Shown: positions 1 to 12,600, counted from the stretch's first letter. The stretch is DNA of 64,000 nucleotides from Azolla caroliniana (GCA_043228905.1 JBHGNT010000003.1:24614001-24678000), one strand, 5' to 3'. Numbers and translations are program-made. The notes: generated from the sequence alone by a model not told the origin.

Positions 1-2246
1 TAGAAGTGACTATTTTAGGACTACCCCACTTCTACAAAAATTCGAGGTTGATGATGCTTAATTCCCAATCCTGTGTCTATTATCACAAGCACATGAATTG
101 TGCCATTCACTATTACTAGGAAAGTGAAGCGAATGCGACTGCTGTCAATTTGATGTCCTTGATTGGGTCCATTGTTTGCAATGCAATTACTATGAGGTTC
201 CAAACAATAGTTTTTCTTCTCCATGCAAGATTTTGAATGATCATAGAAAATAGTATATATGCATCTATCTATCATGGCCACATACAAAAGCAAATATGGT
301 ATAAACCAACCTTTACATCGAAGTTCTATCATGTAATGATGTGTCTTCTAGGTTTTCAACGAGTCACCATTTGTCGCATATTACCGTATGCTCATGTTGG
401 GAAATTTTGATGAGGTTAATTGATTGTGCCCAATGAAAAAGGCAACGCCTCTCCATTGCCATCATCGTTTGGGAATTGTTAATCGATTAGAATATCACAT
501 TTCAATTTGCTTGTACTTCATCAACCATGAAGTTGTGAATTTTTGTTTGACAAACAAAAATTACTTTATTGATGGTTGCGTAAGAAAGTGGCAACTACAA
601 TTGCTCATAATGTTTCCTATGGAGTACAATTGTAAGCATGTTCATGTATTATTTATTCGTTCGATGGGACATAAATGTATGCATACACACTTATATTTGA
701 TGAAATTACAACGTTATACGCAATGAGCATACACATGCAATGAATGTATAAATACATACTTATATAATTATGAACGTAACTATATGTACTAGGATCATAC
801 AAACAATTATTTGATGTGTGTGATTGAATTGGACCCATGACCTAATTGTATGTGCTCTTATATGTTATGTTTAAACTATTCTATCTTATTCTAACTCGAA
901 AGCCATTGAACCAATCGTTTGAGAGACATACCAAAATGTGTTTTTTAATATAAAAAATATACTACAAATAAAGTTCGCAAGTTGTCACATGCACTTTGCC
1001 TAATTGAGAGCTAAAGGGATACATACATCAAAATTTTAAACGACGACGGTTTGTTTTGAAACTAGAGATGTACAAGCTAGCACATTTGATTGAAGATATG
1101 TTACGTTGACTTCAAAAAAATTGCTTTCACAAAATAACATTTGTATTGTGACACCAAAACTTGTTGAGCAATAAAACACACTAACATTTCGATGAAGTAA
1201 ATGAATGATCAATGGTGTTAATCTATATGAGCTAAAGAGGAGCACGGTAGATATATAATATGGTCAAAAGTTGGTCTTGATTACGACTAGGGCAATGGCC
1301 AAACGATTCTCATATAATATGTTGGTAGAGACATAATGGAAATCAAATAAAGAGTAAATACTTGGATGAATCAGGATTAATATACACATGTGGTGACAAG
1401 AATGACCAATGAGAGGAAGGAACTTATATTAAGTAATTAATTAATGGTTAGCATAAAAACTAATTAGGTCGAAACATTTGTGAATGGTTATTATCCTCAA
1501 ACGTTAAAATCAATATCATGTGGTCTCAGGCTCAAACTCTCCATAAACAACATATAGGATTTCATCATACTAAGAAGAAGAGAAAAGTCATGTCATTACA
1601 TGTGGGTCTCAATCCATGTGGGTCTCAATCTTGCGTTTATGGCCATCCGGAATATTCAAGCTTGTAACCATAACATGTGATTTTATTACTTGCTAGCATA
1701 GCATGTGATTACATTGGAAGAACAATAAACATGTGGTCTCAAACAAGATATGGTCACCCTTGGCCATGTGAAGGAGCCAAATGATGGAAACCGATAAACA
1801 TATTATTGTTGTCCTAACTAAGTGTGTGTGCACCATTGAAAGGGGGTGATGTGTGAAATATTCCAATATCGAGTATATGGAGGCGAGTTTTGTAAACCAA
1901 TGCTTGAAACATTGTGTGATTGTGGAAGGTTAAACATTCTATGGTTCAAAGGCCCACATTGGTATAATAACACCAAAAATGAACAGTTGATTCCGTAGAG
2001 GCCAATGGAGCCGGTTGAAATTGTCCCAAGATCTAAGATTCGAGGTCTTTTACAAATATATCAAAGAACAACACCACAATTTGCCATATCGAACGTCTTT
2101 TCAAACAAGTGGAGCTTGAACTCCAACAGAAAATGTGTACATTATACACAAGGATTACATATAGTACACAAACTGGTCGTATCTCAACACAATTTTCTAT
2201 ATAAATGTTTCTCACTCCAACACTCTAACCCCGAGGGAGGAGAGAT

Positions 2247-3629
2247 TCAGGTGAATCGCCAAGGTGGTGCGGTGTCGTCGACAATCCACATACAACCCAT
2301 GTAGCCGTTGCGAATCTTCCGGAAGGGCCATAAGAACACGTCGATGATGGAGACACTATGGGCCCGTGGTGCTTGGTGGTGTCGGACGACACTCACGACA
2401 ATGCCGCCAAGAGGCTCTCGTGCGCCGCCTCCTCTCGTACTACTACTACTTTGAAGGTGGTTCTTTTTATGGTGATTGGCACTGCTCCTTAGGTCCATGT
2501 AGTTGGGCGCACCCGAGGGGCCGAATTCGCGCTTCGTGAACGACTCCGTTTCCTCGAGCACTCCCGACAGGAATATCCCCCCTGCTTCCTCCCCGTAGTC
2601 CTTGTCGTACATGTAGTTATGATTCCGCATCGTCTGCTCGATCCGGCGCAGGAACTCCTCGTATGTCTCGGTCCGCTTGTGGTTTGTCGATGATGACGAC
2701 GATGACAATGATGCGGATCGATTGAAACTGGTTAATGCGGATCGATCCGATCCGGTTACTAGTTGACCGGACATTAGGCCTCCATTTGGTTGCTCCATTT
2801 CTTCGCCGCCATCACAAGATATGCCATTCTTGTTATGGGCGTTTATGGTGTGGAGCCCTGCATCTAGTGATCTGCTTCTCTCCATGTTAGGAGTAGGGTT
2901 TGATGGGCGGAAGGCATTGCTCGGTAAGACAGTGGGCGATAGCATGATTCCATGGATTCTGTTTGGATCACCTCCGATTCCTGCCATCGCTCCCGTCCAT
3001 TCCGATTCCTTATCAGAAGCGTCTTCCCCACGGCATCCCACAATGCCCTTCTCTTCCGATTCATCCCAGGTTTTGGGCGCTGATCTGCCCATCGCATCAT
3101 CGCCGCCCTCAGCCGCCGCCGCTGGAGAATCAATCGCGTCCGTTGATTTTGAATTATCTACAGATTCATCATCATCAATAACGTCCGCCGCCTTGGCTGC
3201 TGGAGAATCAATCGCGTCCGTTGATTTTGAATTTTCTACAGATTCATCATCATCAATAACGTCCGCCGCCTTGGCTGCTGGAGAATCAATCGCGTCCGTG
3301 GATTTTGAATTTTCTACAGATTCATCATCATCAATAACGTCCGCCGCCTTGGCTGCTGGAGAGTCAATCCTGGCCGTCGTCGACTGGGAATGATCAGAGA
3401 ATATGATGAATCGATCATCATCGTTATAATAATAACAATAATTATCGTCGTCGTCGTCGTCGTCGATCATTGGAAGAGAGACGATGGTGGGCGACGGATT
3501 ATGAGGAGGAAAGGTGCGATCCTTGACGACTATGGCGTAGTAATCCATGGCGGCGGCGGATCTGTATTGGTCGGAAATTGTGGGCGACAATCCGATGACA
3601 GGATGATGGGAGGAATCATCGCGAGTCAT
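2247..3629 (-). CDS. Intronless 460-aa low-complexity protein of unknown function (acidic/Ser-rich, three 26-aa repeats)
   Basis: Longest ORF in the window. GC- and CpG-rich compared with its AT-rich surroundings. Preceded on its own strand by (CT)n and (TCCA)n tracts typical of plant 5' UTRs. No recognisable domain. Confidence 0.65.
   Translation of the reverse strand: MTRDDSSHHPVIGLSPTISDQYRSAAAMDYYAIVVKDRTFPPHNPSPTIVSLPMIDDDDDDDNYCYYYNDDDRFIIFSDHSQSTTARIDSPAAKAADVIDDDESVENSKSTDAIDSPAAKAADVIDDDESVENSKSTDAIDSPAAKAADVIDDDESVDNSKSTDAIDSPAAAAEGGDDAMGRSAPKTWDESEEKGIVGCRGEDASDKESEWTGAMAGIGGDPNRIHGIMLSPTVLPSNAFRPSNPTPNMERSRSLDAGLHTINAHNKNGISCDGGEEMEQPNGGLMSGQLVTGSDRSALTSFNRSASLSSSSSSTNHKRTETYEEFLRRIEQTMRNHNYMYDKDYGEEAGGIFLSGVLEETESFTKREFGPSGAPNYMDLRSSANHHKKNHLQSSSSTRGGGAREPLGGIVVSVVRHHQAPRAHSVSIIDVFLWPFRKIRNGYMGCMWIVDDTAPPWRFT
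3121..3368. repeat. 78-bp tandem repeat, 3 copies plus a partial, inside the 460-aa ORF
   Basis: gctggaga unit starts at 3121, 3199, 3277 and 3355; encodes DSPAAKAADVIDDDESVENSKSTDAI on the minus strand. Confidence 0.95.
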
Positions 3630-3640
3630 GACACGCAGAC

Positions 3641-3680
3641 AGGATGGATGGATGGATGGATGGATGGATGGATGGATGGA
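3641..3680. repeat. (GGAT)n microsatellite just upstream of the ORF start codon
   Basis: Read directly from the sequence. Confidence 0.95.
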
Positions 3681-3983
3681 TTCAGAGATATGGAGCGATC
3701 AGAGGAATCGATCGTCTGGTAGAGAGAGAGAGAGAACTGAGAGAGAGCATCGCCTTCGATGAATAGTGGCCGTCCATTTTAAAGCAGGTGAATGAATCCG
3801 GCACGCATCGTTTTCTGTAATAAGTCAACGCCGCCCCCGATGAATCCTGGCCGTCCATTTCCAATCGCGGGAGAAGAAAACTGAAGGGTTATAGATGCAC
3901 TCACTTTTTTTGTTATATCATCTTACAAGGAATGTGTGTGTGTGTGTGTGTGTGTGTGTAGCGTGTTATGTTACTGTAGTATG

Positions 3984-4203
3984 AACCATACGTACCATAC
4001 GTGCATTCGTATTCGATAATGTTTTCAATCATTCCAGTATGGTAATTTGTAAACACCCTCGAAGTATGGTAAATACCATACTTTTGTATTCATTATTTAT
4101 TATAAGGTAAATTTTTTTAAAAGGTAAGAAAGTTAAGGTAAAAATAATAATATTTGAAAACATACGAATGTTTTTGATAACATACGCGTTCGTTTGCATT
4201 CGT
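3984..4203. repeat. Left copy of a ~215-bp inverted repeat (partner at 12289-12498)
   Basis: aaccatacgtaccatacgtgcattc...catacgaatgtttttgataacatacgcgttcgtttgcattcgt matches the reverse complement of 12289-12498 with scattered substitutions and indels. Confidence 0.9.
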
Positions 4204-5885
4204 TTACAGCGTGTGTGTGTGTGTGCAGCGTGTTGTATGTAATATGTATGTTTGTGTGTGTATGTGTATGTGTATGTGTGTTGACCTTCTAATGTAAGTC
4301 CATTGTGTGTGTGTGTGTGTGGTGCATACTAATGAAACATTTCTATTTATTTATGCAATCTTCTGTTTATAGAACATGTTTTGTCTTTTCTTTTGTTTAG
4401 GCTTTTCACTAGAAATTGTTTAATATGAGAGCGGACACAACAATTATAGTGATATGTCTCCATCGACAATGATACATGGCTATTGTGTCTCAAATTAAAG
4501 TGCCACTTGGGGTGCTTGAAATAGGTAAAGTTTGTATATATCTTAATAGCCATTGTTAGAATATGTATTCTTAAGAATCAAGATCAACAACTTCTAATGT
4601 TTTAGAGAGTGTTTTTTTCTTTCTTTCTAAAATCATTAAGTTTCATCAAGAGCTTGTATTTTTATTATGACATAAACAAAAATCCCATGATTTACTTGAC
4701 CTTTAAATTAAGAAATTTATTGCCATCTCACCCATCCAATTGCTCATTGTGTGAACTATCTCTCTTTTTTATGCATAGACTTTAAGGTGTGGTGTGAACG
4801 CAAGAAAGGAGGTGGAGGATAGTCAAGATAGAGGAACACACAACCCGCCTGAATCGCAGGAATGACATTTTTATTCGAAAGTTCTATGATATGATTAGCA
4901 TGTTACCTTTTATATCAAGGACCTTTATGCATTTGAAGTTGTTAAAAACTCAAATTTCATACCACACCCAAATAGAAGGGCTTTTCGTCAATTTGCATTT
5001 AACATTGATATACAAGAGACAATATTCAACGATTGTTGTTCCTAGTATGACTTCTGAAACCTATGATTATGATAATGAAATGTGCCAAAAACTTATTTCA
5101 GTGCTTATGTGCTCTCAAGTGGACAAGCGTATGAGTTTGAAAATAGCTTTTTGGGATTTTAGAAGTCAATCATAGTAAGAAGTGGAGAAACCAAGGTGTA
5201 TTTCATCATTTGAAGCTTATTTATTGTGCTGACCAAGGGATCTACTGATGAATTTAGAACCACAAGGTTTTCTATGCACTTACATTAGTGCATGCATCAT
5301 ATCCTTTCTTAAGGTCTTGAGCAATGGAACTTTGACACATTGTGGCTTTGGTAGGTTTTGAAACCTAGAACCTTGGACATCGAAATTCCAAGTGATTTAC
5401 TACCTACAAACAATATATTCATATTTTGTCGTCATATTACTATTGACTTGAAGCGCGCTTATGGTTTCATAATTTAGCCTCAATAACAATTATAGAATCT
5501 TTTTGAATTTCTAGAGGCAAACAAAATATATAATGACTATTTGTGCCCAGTTCCCATATAATGTCAAACCCTTATTATCCACATGAAACGAAATTGAAGA
5601 TTGAATAAAGTATATTTCCTTTTGTCAAATGTTGAAACATTATAAATTAAGTTTTCGTAACACAAACATTGTGGAATATCTCTTTTCATCTACCCACTCT
5701 TTAATGGGTGGTCACATCCATTAGGTGTTCACATGCATAGTAGTATATTATCTTTGTATGTCAACAAGTTCTATGATAAGAAATCCTACTATGATTATAT
5801 TAAGGTCAAACTACAAAATATACCCTGATGTTAGCCAATTGGCAATATTATCAATATACAAAAAGAATAGTTAACAAGTCAAGCC

Positions 5886-5916
<31 letters not shown>

Positions 5917-5964
5917 TATATATATATTATAATATATATATATGCTTATATGATAGAATCAAAT

Positions 5965-6084
5965 ATGTTTTTTCCATCTCTATTACACACCCTATGGAGT
6001 CAACAATATAGAAACTCATAAAAAACACGTGTTTGTGGTATGCACAAGATCTAAGGAATGGTTGTTCAATGGGTGTGACCCTAA

Positions 6085-6120
<36 letters not shown>

Positions 6121-6243
6121 CTTTCCATATCTATTACACACCCTATGGAGTCAACAATATAGAAACTCATAAAAAACATGTGTTTGTGGTATGCACAAGA
6201 TCTAGACCTTAGTATTGAAGGAATGGTTGTTCAATGGGTGTGA
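5965..6243. repeat. Local tandem duplication (~150-bp period) interleaved with (TA)n tracts
   Basis: ctattacacaccctatggagtcaacaatatagaaactcataaaaaaca...aggaatggttgttcaatgggtgtga occurs twice. Confidence 0.85.
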
Positions 6244-6399
6244 GCTAAAGGGAGTATAACTTAAGACACAATGGAAGCATATTGAGGACTATCCACACTC
6301 AAAGTAAGTGTTCTAACATTAGTCTCAAGATGGTTGAGGTTGAGTTAAAACTCTACATCACTAATGGGTCAATCTAACACATAGAGGGCATGATAATTT

Positions 6400-7800
6400 A
6401 TCACCCCTTCACAATATACAACGTCAAGTACAACCTCACATTCATAGTTATTAGATTAGACAACCAAGTGGCCTACGATTGCCTATTAGGATGACCTTCC
6501 CTTCGTGTAATTCAACTTGTGACGGACTAGGTGAGGGCCATTGACCTATCGAAGATTGAGTCAAGGTGTGTGATCTCTACAATATGGTGCCCAATCATCT
6601 ACTGCATCTTTTATTCACAAGGAAACCTTAAGTTGGAGGGGATTTTTTGCAGTGTCAAGATAGGTATCTCTACATGAAAAAGTGAATAAGACTTATCGAG
6701 TGCAAGTGTACACTTGGAAGCTACACAAATAGGAAGGTAATTCCCTCATGAATAATCAATCTATGACTACATATTTTGAGGGGGGGGGTTATTGGCATGT
6801 GAAGTGGACAATGATGCAGATTACCTTCAAAATGAAGCATATGGTTGAAATTTGAGGATAAGACTCCAAAATGAGCTATGATTCTACAATGAACAACATG
6901 CATATGTTCATTGTATTGTTGGAACCCAATGCTTTGATGAGAATGGCAAATCTTATTATTGCTTCATCGTATCCATGTCAGGTGTCGAACCTAAAACTTC
7001 CGATGTCAATATATCACAAACACCACTAGGAAGCACACATCCTAGAAACAACCTAGCCCATGTTTGCGAGTGAACATCAACTCCTTTGAATCTCTTGCAA
7101 AATCCATGAGCATAGCACCTTTGTGTTACTTGACACATAAGCTAGTGTCACCACCCTCTCATGTGAGCATTGATTACATTTGGGTTTGTTGCCCTTAGTA
7201 GTATGCAATGACTAACTTGTGGGCATTGATGTCGATGTATATCCAATGTGTAAGGTGATAGGTCACTTGCATGTAAATTGGCGTCATACCAATAAGGTTC
7301 ACGTGGAGGCTTGAGTGATGCTTGTGGGAACCTTGTCATTATCATGCATCGTCAAAGATTTTTGGTGTCACTCAAGCAAGTGTATACGATCGATGAGTAC
7401 AAAATATATGTACTTCTTGACCATGACAATCTTTTAGTCGAAACTCTTAGTATGTGGTGTATTAACCCAAAGTCAATCACCTTTTGAGCTCAGAGCTCAC
7501 CCAAGTCCAAGCATGCACCTTATTTTTTGACATCCTTATACCGGACCAACCTAAGGAAGATGTCACATCACATATTAGACATTGTGATACCCCTAACGAA
7601 GCAATTATCTGAAACACTTCATCATGCACTAGTCCTTTGGTTTCCACTATGTTATGGACCCAAGTTCGTAGTGTAACCGCTAAAAAGAACCCATTTCAAG
7701 CATAGGTGAATATTCATAGTACCATCACCACATGTGCAAAAAGAAACCTCGAGAACATGGCGCATGAAAAAGGTTCTAACTATTACTTAAGGGGGGAATC
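6400..7800 (-). mobile_element. Highly decayed Ty1/copia RT-RNase H relic
   Basis: Minus-strand fragments RFKGVDVHSQ (cf. copia RTKHIDVRYH) and ILIKALG (cf. ADILTKAL) occur in the expected order, followed by a PPT-like gaaggggtga near 6400-6410. Boundaries are approximate. Confidence 0.35.
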
Positions 7801-7913
7801 AATGAAACTCCTAGTTTTGACTCCTCAAACATGCCCAAATTCTCCCTAAACCCTTTTGCTTCTCGAGTTCTCTCTCATTTTCTCCTTTTCTCTCTTTTTA
7901 TTATTATTGTAAG

Positions 7914-7970
7914 TACCTTACCCTAGTGGTAAGTTGTTACACACAAGTACTATGTCTTAGGTTTGAAGCC
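7914..7970 (+). mobile_element. tRNA-derived SINE-like head, family A, degenerate
   Basis: taccttaccctagtggtaagttgtta (A-box-like) ... ggtttgaagcc (decayed B-box). Same family as the minus-strand copy at 60931-60990. Confidence 0.55.
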
Positions 7971-8053
7971 ATAGTAATACAAACACACAAAGACACAATA
8001 GAGGTTAGACATACACTTCATAGATATCTCTTTTTAATTCACTAGATGTTATT

Positions 8054-8127
8054 GTGGAACGTAGGGGTTGAACCCATAACCTCTTGGTCTCTATTGGGCA
8101 ACCGTACCAACTGAGCTACATCCATCC
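8054..8127 (-). mobile_element. tRNA-derived SINE head or tRNA pseudogene, family B
   Basis: Minus strand reads ggatggatgTAGCTCAGTTGGtacgg...atGGGTTCAACCCctacgttccac: good Pol III A and B boxes, but acceptor and anticodon stems do not pair properly. Confidence 0.65.
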
Positions 8128-8884
8128 GTACTTCATTTTCCCTTTCTCTCTTTCATTTTTCCAATCTTTACTCTCTTGTTCTAATACTTTTTCCCACTTG
8201 CTATATTACTTTTCCTATCCAACCTCATTTCCTCTTCCTATTCATCTTTAGCCCTTCTTGCCTTCTCAGTTCCTCATGCATACCTCACCACTCATCATCA
8301 ATAACCTCCTCATTTGCAAGTATGTCACGTTCTAACTGATATGCCCCCATTTTACATCATGATTTTACGTCATCTCTACACACTTACATCCATTGTCTCT
8401 GAATATCAACACATCCACCAATAACTACATAATACAATGCGTAAATAAATAATATGAAATAGACAAGGTGTACATCCCTACCTAATAAATTGTCACATTT
8501 GACACAAAAGACTCATGGTGTGTGTGTATTATTTGATAGAGAACTATGTAAGTCCATATCTGGAATAAGATATCAACATAGTAATAATTGTCATAATAGA
8601 TAATTAACTATAAATGTACGTAATAGGCAATTCCATGCACGTATATATAAAGTAAGGTATTAAAAAATAAAAAAACTCATACGAATCAGGCCAACTTACA
8701 TTGCTTGCCCACAAGCATGGATAATGACAACATGTAGGTGCTTCCAACAATAACGAATGCTACATCCCACCTAAAGGCTTTACTACAATGCCAAACATCC
8801 ATACTACTACTAACACAACACACATTAACCCATTCCCCACACAACCCCTTCCTTTTCCTCACCTCCACATTCATCACTCACAAT

Positions 8885-9055
8885 GCCTTTGGTTGAAGAT
8901 TCATGTAAAAAAGACACATTCAAGGGAAATGTCATTTAGGATGGCTAAATTAACATAGGTAGATGAATTTGTAATCTCCCGACTGCAGGTCGGCCTTTGG
9001 TTGAAGATTCATGTAAAAAAGACACATTCAATGGAAATGTCAATTAGGATGGCTT
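8885..9055. repeat. Tandem duplication, 108-bp period
   Basis: gcctttggttgaagattcatgtaaaaaagacacattcaa...ggatggct occurs twice. Confidence 0.85.
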
Positions 9056-9419
9056 AAGTGTGAACCCACCAAGCCCAAGTATCCACATGAGGAACTTAGG
9101 TCATTGAGGGGAGTGAGAAAACTTGTGCACATGACATTGTACCTAATGTCTCAAAGGTTGGCATATGATCTCCACAAAAAATAAACAAAAGAAGCAAAGC
9201 ACACAAAATGAACAAAGACATGAAATGCAACCCCATTCTTCATCGTTCAAAATGGACAAACACGAACCAACATAGACATTCGAGTGGGTTCTTATGTTTC
9301 ATTATTCGACAACAATACTCGCATGGTCATGGACATGGACATGGAGAACACACGAAGGTTGGCATATTGCGATGGACGATGATGAAATGTGTTTCTCTAC
9401 TCATATAAATGTGTGTACA

Positions 9420-9556
9420 AACATACATACATACATACATAGGTACATACACACACACACACACATGCATGCATGCATACATACATACATACATACATAC
9501 ATACGTTCATTTGTTTGTTCGTACGTACGTACATACACAAGTACATACATATGTAC
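9420..9556. repeat. (CATA)n/(CA)n compound microsatellite flanking the TIR element
   Basis: Read directly from the sequence. Confidence 0.9.
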
Positions 9557-9569
9557 ATGCTCGTGTCTA

Positions 9570-12215
9570 ATTGCTACCAAATAATAAAGAGGGTTGACGA
9601 GGGAATCGTAGTCATAGATGGTGCAAGGTGTTTGATTGAGGGTGAGTGCGATTTGCACCGTCTGATGTGGATAAAAAAGAGCGTGCTTGTGAAAAAGTTG
9701 TAACTAGACAACCGATCCGACACCCTGCTCTATTTTCAAACACCTTGTTGATATTGTCAAACGCCCTGCTCTATTTTCAAACACCTTGTTGTATTTTCAG
9801 ACACACTTTGATAATTGTTAGACACCCTACTCAAATCAAACATGAAACCTTTGAAATTTTTCTAAATGTAAAAAAAAAAATTGACATCAAAATGTTACAC
9901 CATAACTCCATTAAAAGATATCAATCTTCCAATTACACTAAACTTAATACATAAAGCTTCAAATTATAAAATATATAATCACAAAATGTCCAATATCTAA
10001 CTTCAACACTTAATACATGTAGATGAGTTTGAACATGTGCACATACATTTTGAACATGTTGTGTAACAAGCTTTACAAAGTGAATCAACGAATGGGCCCC
10101 ATATTGATCATAAATCAGTTATGCATTCCATAGTTAAGGAGTAATCTTACGATGACTTTCTCCATCTAATGGTACTTGGTAGAATTTCCAAATTCCATAT
10201 TGATTATGAACTTTATTATACTAAAGTTGTACTTTTAACTATTTCATAAGTTTGATCTATCCTTGGGCTTGTAGTTATATATATTTAAGTTCAACACTTA
10301 ATAGATATAGATGAGTGTGCATGACCTATATCATACATTTTTTTGTACTTGTGATCAAATGTTTGTCGCGTGCATGATCTATGTCATACCAAGTTTTCAT
10401 ACATTTTTCATGAATTTTGTTGTACTTGTGAACAAATGTTTGTTGTGCATGATCTACATCATACCATTTTTTAATACGTGTTTACCATACACACCAAGTC
10501 TTTATGACATACAAAATGTGCCAAAGAGTATATTCATAGTTCAAATGTGCCAAGGAGTATATTCATATATAGAAGACACAAAAGAGTATATTCATATACA
10601 TGATCAAGAGTATACAAAATGAGGCCTTCATATACAATCCAAGGCATATACAAAATGTTCTCTCTACAAAATTTGTTGATTCATATACATACCAACGCAA
10701 CTACAATGTGGAACATATACAAAATTCGTTGATTCATATACATAGCGAAGCAACTACAATACAAAAGTGGTTGATTCATATACAAAAACTATCATGGTTA
10801 TGAAATCGGAAGTCCCAAAATCCTTCAAGCCCATTTTGCCATGTTTGTTCAAAGGAGATTTACGTCCGCGAGTCCGAACCACTTCTTTGTACCTTGTAAA
10901 AAAGGTGCGACTACAAGAACCCACCCATTAATCATAAAAATTCCATGCAGTCCACATGTCATGCCATCCTTACAAAATTGGAAGATGGGAAGCCTTGGAT
11001 GAACTCCCCCACTAACATCTGAATGGTCTGCATCACGTAATAACCAGTTCCACCCATTGGGCTAGGTTGAGATGTGCACTTGGTGATGTTGGCCCTTCGT
11101 CACAATGCAATGGTCGTCGTTGCCACTACATATGGTATGTATGGCCATCTCTGGCAGTCTCTTCAAAGTGCCTATTGGATTATTATTAAGTGGATCACAA
11201 TAGAGTACGTGGTTGTGTCCTTTCTATGACCCACACATACAAAACTGTTATTCAAAAGAAAGTATGTGGAAGTGACATACCTCTAGAGTGATATGCATCA
11301 CCCCAATCGACATCTTCCATTTCGAAGTGTTTGGACTTTGCAACCATCTTTAACCAGCAATATATAACAAAATATGTAAACCCTACACCCATTTTAACAA
11401 TCCATATTAACATTATTAAGAAACTACATGAGACATATACACAAAACCCTGAGACATATACAAATCTTTACATGACCCTAATTCATTTTTACTTTGTGAT
11501 CCCATTTTCAATTCCAAAACTCTAAACCTATTTCAACAATCCATATTAACATTATTAAGCAACTACATATCATGTACAATCCCATTCTTCAATTCCGAAT
11601 ACACAAAACCTAGAGGCATATACAATATGTAACCTTGATTCATTTTAACGCTATGATCCCATTTTCCGGAAAACACACTTTTACAAATAGAAAAAACCAA
11701 CAAGCTACAATAAAATACATACATGAATGATTTGAAAGTGGTGTTGTTGATTGTAATGCAGGTGGTGATGCTGAACATAATGTCAAAAAATCTTAGATTT
11801 GAAAATCCCTCCAAATAGCTCAATCTCCGATTTGAAAATATGTCGAAAATTCGACTGGTGCTTGCTTGTATAACTTAAACCCTTCTAAGTCGGGTGTTTG
11901 ACAATTACGAGTGAGGTGTCACACAATTATGATCGAGGTGTTTGACAATTATGAGCAGGCTGTTTGAAAATTACGAGCAAGGTGTCTAACAATTATGAAA
12001 AGGGTGTTTGATTTGAGCAGGGTGTCTGATAATTATGAGAAGGGTGTCTAGATACTTTGACGGGTCAAGTGTTTCATGCCGACTTTTTCATCGAGGTGCT
12101 TTTATTATTATTATTCACATCGGACGATGCAAATCGCACACACCCTCAGCTCAACGCCTTGCATCGTCCGTGGCCGCGATTCCCTCGCCAACCCTCTTTA
12201 TTATTTGGTAGCAAT
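9570..12215. mobile_element. Non-autonomous TIR DNA transposon (~2.65 kb) with >100-bp terminal inverted repeats and subterminal short-repeat arrays
   Basis: Left end attgctaccaaataataaagagggttgacgagggaatcg... is the reverse complement of the right end ...cgattccctcgccaaccctctttattatttggtagcaat. Arrays of (g/a)acaccct at ~9718-9830 and agggtgt(c/t) at ~11890-12050. No transposase ORF. Superfamily not assigned. Confidence 0.85.
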
Positions 12216-12288
12216 ACATACATACACACATAGTACATACCATAGTACGTAATATACTCGAATGCATTGGCAAACATTCCTTTTCAAC

Positions 12289-12498
12289 ACGAATGCAAAC
12301 GAAAGCGTATGTTATCAAAACATTCGTATATATTTTTTTAAACACTTTTTACGGTAACTTTCTTACTTTAAAAAAAAAATAATTTACCTTATAATAAATA
12401 ATGAATACAAAAGTATGGTATTTTACCATACTCGGAGGGTGTTTATCATACTCGAATGATTGAAAACAGTCGTGAATGCACGTATGGTACGTATGGTT
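12289..12498. repeat. Right copy of the ~215-bp inverted repeat (partner at 3984-4203)
   Basis: acgaatgcaaacgaaagcgtatgttatcaaaacattcgtat...gaatgcacgtatggtacgtatggtt. Confidence 0.9.
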
Positions 12499-12600
12499 AA
12501 AACTTAATACTATGGTACATACACATTACATAATGCAAAAGTGAAGAAAGAACACTCTGGTTTGAACATAAAGCATGTGAATGAAAGGGTCTTCTTCTCC

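Noticed and set aside
21-726. ORFs of ~100 aa at the window start
   Set aside because: No recognisable motif or splice structure; probably decayed repeat sequence.
2821-3393. 190-aa plus-strand ORF
   Set aside because: Antisense shadow of the repeat-containing 460-aa ORF; low complexity explains the lack of stops.
6079-6090. Plant telomere motif ccctaaacccta
   Set aside because: Fewer than two full units; not an interstitial telomeric array.
8054-8127. Functional tRNA gene
   Set aside because: A and B boxes are present but the acceptor, anticodon and T stems are mismatched.
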